From: Acidobacteriota bacterium
GTDB taxonomy: Bacteria; Acidobacteriota; UBA6911
Assembly: GCA_963664705.1 (NCBI GenBank)
Contig: OY761556.1
Coordinates: 2,368,001 to 2,432,000 of the forward strand
DNA: 64,000 bases
Reading direction: 5' to 3'
The notes under the pieces are model-generated. The model was not told where the DNA came from. It saw only the letters and a list, made by a program, of their open reading frames with translations, and searched no databases. A program made the position numbers and the translations under genes. This document shows positions 58,808-64,000 of this stretch, piece after piece (within the stretch, counting starts at the first letter, position 1; every line of letters begins with the position of its first letter).

Positions 58808-59635
58808 TCATAAGATCTGGCATTGAGGACAATAGTAGATTGCGCCACCCAGGTACGCTTCCTTTTTTATTGGTCGTCCGCAGTCGGCACAGGGCTTGTT
58901 CACCGTTTTTTTGCTGAGGATTGTATGATACCCGCCCGACATACCATACAAATCCAATTCGGTATCTCGCCCTCCCTGGATCTCCATGGCGGCCAGGGTT
59001 GACTTAACCGATGCATATAAAGTGGCACGATCTTTCTCCGTAAGCGTCCGGGTCTTCCTCTTGGGATGCAATTTCGCATGGAACAGAATATCCTGCAACG
59101 TCCCATTCCCCAGCCCGGGAATTCTCTGCTCCGTCGCAAGCAAACCCTTGAGACTCAGGTTCCGGACATCGTCCGCAGCAGTGATTTTCTGAAAATAGGA
59201 TTCGCTGAACTTTGAAGCCAGGGGAGAGGGTTTTTCCTTGGCCACCTTATAGTACTTGTTTTCCAATTCCCCTCTTAGACAGCAACCCATGCCTCCGTAC
59301 ATCTGCACACAGGCGGTCAGCGCCGTATGATCGTCAAACTCGATAAGGAGTTGATGCTTCAGAGGGCGCGGTTCACCGGAGGGACAGAACCTGATCCCCA
59401 CTCCCTCACCCAGAAGGATGTCCGCCTCCCCTGCCCCTATCTCCACTAACCCGCCATACGCGATTGCTTTTCCAATTGTCTTTCCCATCAGCAAACGGCT
59501 ATAGCCATCCCGGTCGCCGTAGTACCACATCAACTTATGCGGGGTGTGACCGACCGTTACCCCCACAATCCGCTTCCCCTTGATCGTGGCGTTCAGTTGT
59601 TTGGAAATATTTGATGATTCCGGGAGTTCAATCAT
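58808..59635 (-). CDS. Fpg/Nei-family DNA glycosylase-like protein (divergent)
   Basis: MIELPE start, H2TH motif IPGLGNG...ILFHAKLHP, C-terminal zinc finger CADC...CPQC. Confidence 0.85.
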   Translation of the reverse strand: MIELPESSNISKQLNATIKGKRIVGVTVGHTPHKLMWYYGDRDGYSRLLMGKTIGKAIAYGGLVEIGAGEADILLGEGVGIRFCPSGEPRPLKHQLLIEFDDHTALTACVQMYGGMGCCLRGELENKYYKVAKEKPSPLASKFSESYFQKITAADDVRNLSLKGLLATEQRIPGLGNGTLQDILFHAKLHPKRKTRTLTEKDRATLYASVKSTLAAMEIQGGRDTELDLYGMSGGYHTILSKKTVNKPCADCGRPIKKEAYLGGAIYYCPQCQIL

Positions 59636-59644
59636 GGCGACACC

Positions 59645-60541
59645 TCAAGTAACAATTCGCGTCAAACCCGAACCGGCAATGCCCGGCCCAAATCTCCAAT
59701 ACCGATCCAGCAGCACAAGAAAGACGACGGCAGTGGTCAAATCCGCCGTGGTCCCAGGATTCAGAGTATGGCCGGGATCCCGCAACGACCGGTCCAGATC
59801 TTTTATTGCCGACTCGCCCTCCGGCGAAAAAACGCCGCCCCGATCCAGTGCCGCCGCCGCCCTGCAGGAAACGCCTTGCGCCGTCTCCCCATCTTTCTTC
59901 CTAAAAATCAGCGTATCCGGAACACGACTCAGGATGGTAAGGTAGCACTGCACGACTGCACGGGAGAACTCCGCGCCGCGTGCCAATGCCGCCTGCAGCG
60001 CGGGATATCCAATTTCAAAGGATATCTCAAAATCGCTGGAATACTCTCTAGCAATGGAATCCCTTTCCCGCGCCAGTTGCATGGCCTGCAGCAGCGTTAT
60101 GGATGGCTGCGCCGCAATATCGGCAGTCTCCACCCGGCCCATGCCGCCCGGCTTTGCCATGCGAATGGCTTTGTAGGCAAAAACCGCATCCTCCACGCTT
60201 AATTCCTGAAGTACCGTATGGAGCTTTTCGCGAACTTCACCCAGGGAACGCGCGCATTGGCATGATTTCACTAATGGCGCAAGCAAAAGGATGATTCCAA
60301 GGTTGGTATTTGAACTTACCATGCGGTGAGTGGCGTCAACTGCCTGCAGGATGATTTCACCCACTCGGAGGGCTTCTGCTTTATCCAGGGCGGATCCGAT
60401 AGCGATAGCGCTCAGCAGAAAATCACTCATGGTCGCATCACAAAAATCCTGTTCTCGCGACACATTGCCCGGCTTTGAGGAACAAACATCCCATATGCAG
60501 GCCATCTGGGCAAGTTGAGCAATTTCTCCGGGCGTTTTCAT
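59645..60541 (-). CDS. CitG-like triphosphoribosyl-dephospho-CoA synthase family (Orf7; start probably ATG 60541)
   Basis: KPGNV, NTNLGIILLLAPL, PDTLIFRK, NPGTTADL. Confidence 0.88.
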   Translation of the reverse strand: MKTPGEIAQLAQMACIWDVCSSKPGNVSREQDFCDATMSDFLLSAIAIGSALDKAEALRVGEIILQAVDATHRMVSSNTNLGIILLLAPLVKSCQCARSLGEVREKLHTVLQELSVEDAVFAYKAIRMAKPGGMGRVETADIAAQPSITLLQAMQLARERDSIAREYSSDFEISFEIGYPALQAALARGAEFSRAVVQCYLTILSRVPDTLIFRKKDGETAQGVSCRAAAALDRGGVFSPEGESAIKDLDRSLRDPGHTLNPGTTADLTTAVVFLVLLDRYWRFGPGIAGSGLTRIVT

Positions 60542-60545
60542 TGCA

Positions 60546-61412
60546 TCAGGATTCCAGCACATGATCGACAATGGCTTCGGCAATCTGCAATTCAGTGGTC
60601 TTTTGCAAACCGCGCCAGCCGGGAATGCTGTTTATTTCAATGACGTAAGTCGTTCCGTTCTCCGCAGGCATCAGATCTACGCCAGCGTAGTCCAATCCGA
60701 CAAGACGAGCCGCATCTACAGCCAGAGCCTTCATCTGTTCATCCAAATCAATAGGCTCAGCCGACGCACCCTGTGAAAAATTGGTTTTCCATCCTTTGCC
60801 GCGGCGCCGCATCGCCGCAATCACCCTCTCGCCCACAACAAAGGCACGTATATCCTCCTGCCGATGCGGCAGATATTCCTGAATATAGAAAATATAGCGA
60901 TTCAGTTCCCACGAACGCAGCACACGATAAGCGGTATCTTCATCGCAAATCCGGACCATTCCTTTGCCCTCGGATCCAAACAAGGGTTTGACAATGACAT
61001 CCCCTAATTCGCGACAAGCCTGCATTGCCGTTTCAAAATCTTCCGTTACCAGAGTCCGCGGCGTCTGGATTCCCGCGTCCGCAAGGAGGAAAGACGTGTA
61101 ATACTTATCCACGGTTTTCTCAATCGCGGATGCCGGGTTCACGACACGAACGCCCAACCGCTGCAATCGGTGGAAGGCATCCATTCGGAAGACGATCTGT
61201 TCCAGAGACCCGGTGGGAATGGTCCGAACAAACAACGCACGGCAATCGTCCAGCCGTTGGCCGCGAACATGAAGTGCCGGAGCGCCGTCGATCCAGCCGG
61301 CCATTCGAGTGATCGGGAAAAAAACAGGTTCGCAATTATGGTGGCGCACGGCCGCTTCCAGCGCCTGAACATGATAGCCCCTCTGGGAGGAGAGAATTCC
61401 TATCTTGTCCAT
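60546..61412 (-). CDS. RimK-family glutamate ligase of C1-transfer clusters (Orf5)
   Basis: GSLEQIVFRMD, VKPLFGSEGKG, WKTNF, GVDL, IEINSIPGW. Confidence 0.9.
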   Translation of the reverse strand: MDKIGILSSQRGYHVQALEAAVRHHNCEPVFFPITRMAGWIDGAPALHVRGQRLDDCRALFVRTIPTGSLEQIVFRMDAFHRLQRLGVRVVNPASAIEKTVDKYYTSFLLADAGIQTPRTLVTEDFETAMQACRELGDVIVKPLFGSEGKGMVRICDEDTAYRVLRSWELNRYIFYIQEYLPHRQEDIRAFVVGERVIAAMRRRGKGWKTNFSQGASAEPIDLDEQMKALAVDAARLVGLDYAGVDLMPAENGTTYVIEINSIPGWRGLQKTTELQIAEAIVDHVLES

Positions 61413-61418
61413 CGTCGG

Positions 61419-62381
61419 CTAGCTTTCCAAAAAGGAGGCACGAATCAAATCGGCATTCAGGGATCCTGATCGGAAGAGTCGTCCCGAATTCAGATTATTG
61501 ATTGCCACCTCAGCAGGGCTGAAAAGCAGTTTGTCGATCTGGTAAAAATCGCCTTTATACTGCATGAAGATATCGTAGAACGGCTTCCCGTAATCGCGAG
61601 AGCTGGCCGAAGGTATCTTATCAATCAACTCGGTAAGAAGCGCATCGTCCGTTCGCACGGAATAGGTGACCTGCGCCCCATAGAGGATTGCGTCATTAGT
61701 ACGCCCGATGGCTTTCAGATCATTGGCAGCCACGGGAGCCAGCGGACACAAACCGATGGCATGTATCACGGTGCGCACATCAAATCCCAGTTCAACCAGC
61801 TTGTGCAAGCCGGTTTCTGCCGAACGGGCGGCAACCTGGACAGACCCTGCAATCGAAGCGGTCGGCGCTACCAACAGGATCAGATGCTCAGGATGAACTT
61901 GGCATTTTTCAGCTACATAGGCTGCAACCTCTGCCGTGGGCAACTCCCTTGTCTCAAGCATCAGGACTGCCGTATCACTCTGGTCGCGGTATTCAAGCTT
62001 TCCAAAAAGCTCCTCATCGGCGCAGCGCGCTCGTGCGGGCCCGGAGCCAATGGCAAAATAGCGATCGAGTTTGATGGCCCATCCCGCGTACTGGGACGCC
62101 ATACAGGCAATCGCGGGATAACTTGCGGTAATCGCTACCGCGGGCACATGGAATGCCTCCGCTCCCGTGTAAAAGCCCTGCTGCGTAAAACTGACCTGGC
62201 CCAATCCGCCCAGGCAGGCGCAGGAGAAAAGACGCCCGGCTTCCAGGCTGCCTGGAACATTAACGCCGGCATCGACCACCGTGGCTCTGTTGGACAACCG
62301 GAAAGTATTCAGGCCAAGGGCCTCGCCATCATCTATCATCTGTTGAACGATCACAGCCGCGCGTCTGTTAACACTGATCAT
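61419..62381 (-). CDS. mch: methenyl-H4MPT cyclohydrolase (start revised to ATG 62381)
   Basis: MISVNRRA, CLGGLG, ACMASQYAGW, GSGPARA, QVAARSAETGLHKL, GRTNDAILYG, FYQIDKLLFSPA. Confidence 0.95.
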   Translation of the reverse strand: MISVNRRAAVIVQQMIDDGEALGLNTFRLSNRATVVDAGVNVPGSLEAGRLFSCACLGGLGQVSFTQQGFYTGAEAFHVPAVAITASYPAIACMASQYAGWAIKLDRYFAIGSGPARARCADEELFGKLEYRDQSDTAVLMLETRELPTAEVAAYVAEKCQVHPEHLILLVAPTASIAGSVQVAARSAETGLHKLVELGFDVRTVIHAIGLCPLAPVAANDLKAIGRTNDAILYGAQVTYSVRTDDALLTELIDKIPSASSRDYGKPFYDIFMQYKGDFYQIDKLLFSPAEVAINNLNSGRLFRSGSLNADLIRASFLES

Positions 62382-63177
62382 AGACGAGTATCTCTCCCTT
62401 CCCGATCCGATTAAAATCACCGCTATATCGATGGAAACACCCCGTTGAAGCATATTTTGGAACCTGGATCCCGTGCTCGCTCAGGTGTTGGAAGATCAAA
62501 CCTAGAAAACTTGGCTGATATCGACAAGCATATCGATAGGTTGGCAGCAATTCCGGTTTTTCAAAGGTCACAATCGTGCCGCGCAACAGTCCGGCGCCGG
62601 CGCGCACTCCCAGCTTCCCGAACACTACAATGGAGCCGGCGATCATAAAAGCTCCTGCGAAATCACCAACGTCTTTCTGGACGGCAATCAGCCCGCGCCG
62701 CATGCAGGCGCCTACCTCATTTCCCGCGCTTCCTTCTACCAGGATTACCCCACGGTTCATTCCGTGGCGGCTGCCTCGATAGGCTCCGCCCAGGCAATGA
62801 CCGGCATCCCCGCGAATATGGATCCTGCCACCAGCCATCTCGGCGCCAGCCCAATCCCCGGCATTGCCGAAAACATGAATCTCACCACCGCGCATACCGG
62901 CCCCCAGATGCATGCCGATATTTCCCTGAACGGTAAGGCGTCCGGAGGTCATTCCCGACCCGACATTCTTTACCCGGCTCAGATCCCCGCGGAGAACAAC
63001 CTCTTCCGTACCCTGTTCGTCAATCTGAAAGAAATCGCCCAAAGAAACACGCTGATTCCCATGCATGGCGGGAAGCTGGGCGATTTCGAATGCGGATTTG
63101 CCACGCAAGACATCCGGCGTAATGGATCCTGCCTCCAGAGGAGCCTCGGGTTGCACGTGCATTGTCAGCATAGTCAT
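62368..63177 (-). CDS. fwdC: formylmethanofuran dehydrogenase / Fhc subunit C (GXGXG beta-helix; start revised to ATG 63177)
   Basis: Repeated GxxMxxGxIxVxG units, GAYRGSRHGMNRG, GKGEIL; ATGA overlap with the ftr stop. Confidence 0.9.
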   Translation of the reverse strand: MTMLTMHVQPEAPLEAGSITPDVLRGKSAFEIAQLPAMHGNQRVSLGDFFQIDEQGTEEVVLRGDLSRVKNVGSGMTSGRLTVQGNIGMHLGAGMRGGEIHVFGNAGDWAGAEMAGGRIHIRGDAGHCLGGAYRGSRHGMNRGVILVEGSAGNEVGACMRRGLIAVQKDVGDFAGAFMIAGSIVVFGKLGVRAGAGLLRGTIVTFEKPELLPTYRYACRYQPSFLGLIFQHLSEHGIQVPKYASTGCFHRYSGDFNRIGKGEILVYDQC

Positions 63178-64000
63178 CTGGAAGCGTCTCCATTCAGAAT
63201 TTTGTGTAAATGGAAATGAAACTTGCCCAGATTGCCTCCGTAGTTGCCCGCGGAAATGCGCAGGACACCCGGGATGCACGCAGCCAACACCCCAACGCGG
63301 GTCGCCTCTTCAATCGATTCGACATCCAGCCCGTCAATAACTATTTCAAGCACTGAGTTCACGCCCTCCGGCAATTCTGTCTTCACCAGCCCTCGCAAAC
63401 TGGGGCAGAATGCATCATTCGTGGATGCTCTCAGGAACTTATACCGTGATCCGACTTTGCTTCCACTGCGGACAATACCGCCGGGAAAAGGCAAAATCAC
63501 GTTGCGAATACGCCTCATGGCATCAACCGCCAATTCAGCAGCCTGTAGTGTGGTTTGCGGATCCTTCCCCAGGATAAGAAAATTCCCGCCACCGATTCCC
63601 CGCTGAAGGCCAAATTTTTCCTCAATGAGAAACTCCCCTTCCATTACCGGTATTCTCCAGTAGCAGCGGCCATCGATAACTTTGCTTGCCTGGAACGTAT
63701 CGCCAAAAAAACGCAACTGGCTTCCCACCGCCACGCGCTCCTCGGAGGACAAACCGTTGTAGCAGGCGGTGGTGGCACAGGTCAGTATCGTCTGTCCGAT
63801 GCGATCGATTAGCTGCTTTGAAAGAGTATCCTTGCCGTAGGCAAACATGAGGATGCTGGCACCCGGCCGCCCATCGGGCGTATTATCCATTTCGCATTCA
63901 AGCCCCGCCTCGCACCCACACCCGATAACGGAGGTGGCAAATCCTGTCATCTGGCGTACCGCTTCGATTACCCATTTGCGATTTACGGCTGTAATGATTA
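63174..64000 (-). CDS. ftr: formylmethanofuran:H4MPT formyltransferase (Ftr/FhcD), 5' end beyond the window
   Basis: TGFATSVIGCGCEAG, TPDGRPG, RIGQTILTC, GGGNF, RSGSKVGSRY, SAGNYGGNLG; frame open to base 64000. Confidence 0.95.
   Translation of the reverse strand, partial: IITAVNRKWVIEAVRQMTGFATSVIGCGCEAGLECEMDNTPDGRPGASILMFAYGKDTLSKQLIDRIGQTILTCATTACYNGLSSEERVAVGSQLRFFGDTFQASKVIDGRCYWRIPVMEGEFLIEEKFGLQRGIGGGNFLILGKDPQTTLQAAELAVDAMRRIRNVILPFPGGIVRSGSKVGSRYKFLRASTNDAFCPSLRGLVKTELPEGVNSVLEIVIDGLDVESIEEATRVGVLAACIPGVLRISAGNYGGNLGKFHFHLHKILNGDASR

Noticed and set aside
53852-64000. Evidence of methanogenesis or an archaeal contig
   Set aside because: No mcr/mtr genes in the window; the flanking genes (bacterial flagellum, EF-P, frr, accBC, plsX, secretin) are clearly bacterial.

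Overview
Bacterial chromosomal window, probably from an anaerobic or facultative Acidobacteriota-like diderm. The taxonomy is inferred from gene order only. 1-15.4 kb: sigma54-controlled flagellar hook/basal-body/export cluster (flgB-flgC-fliE-fliF-fliG-fliH-fliI-fliJ-fliK, flgD-flgE) with a sensor kinase, two NtrC-type activators and three clear -24/-12 promoters. 15.6-44 kb: housekeeping genes (argH, speA, efp, dedA, rplM-rpsI-rpsB-tsf-pyrH-frr, pilMNOPQ, accBC-thiE, ribD, CBS protein, ybeY, 7TM-HD phosphohydrolase, etfBA, acpP, plsX-rpmF-yceD). 44.3-64 kb: accessory redox/C1 region with two main highlights. (1) A hidden exported selenoprotein: the ORF track splits it at an in-frame TGA (CG-U motif followed by a SECIS-like hairpin). 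It joins a degenerate UshA/SoxB-like metallophosphoesterase domain to a tetraheme cytochrome c. (2) A tetrahydromethanopterin/methanofuran C1-transfer cluster (ftr/fhcD, fwdC/fhcC, mch, orf5/rimK, orf7/citG, fae, orf17, mfnD/F/E/B-like). It lies next to a tungsten-type aldehyde:ferredoxin oxidoreductase, an FAD/Fe-S(CCG) oxidoreductase trio and an MFS transporter, and contains an Fpg/Nei-like gene lacking the canonical catalytic residues. No rRNA, tRNA, CRISPR array or mobile element was recognised. All family calls come from motif recognition without database searches.
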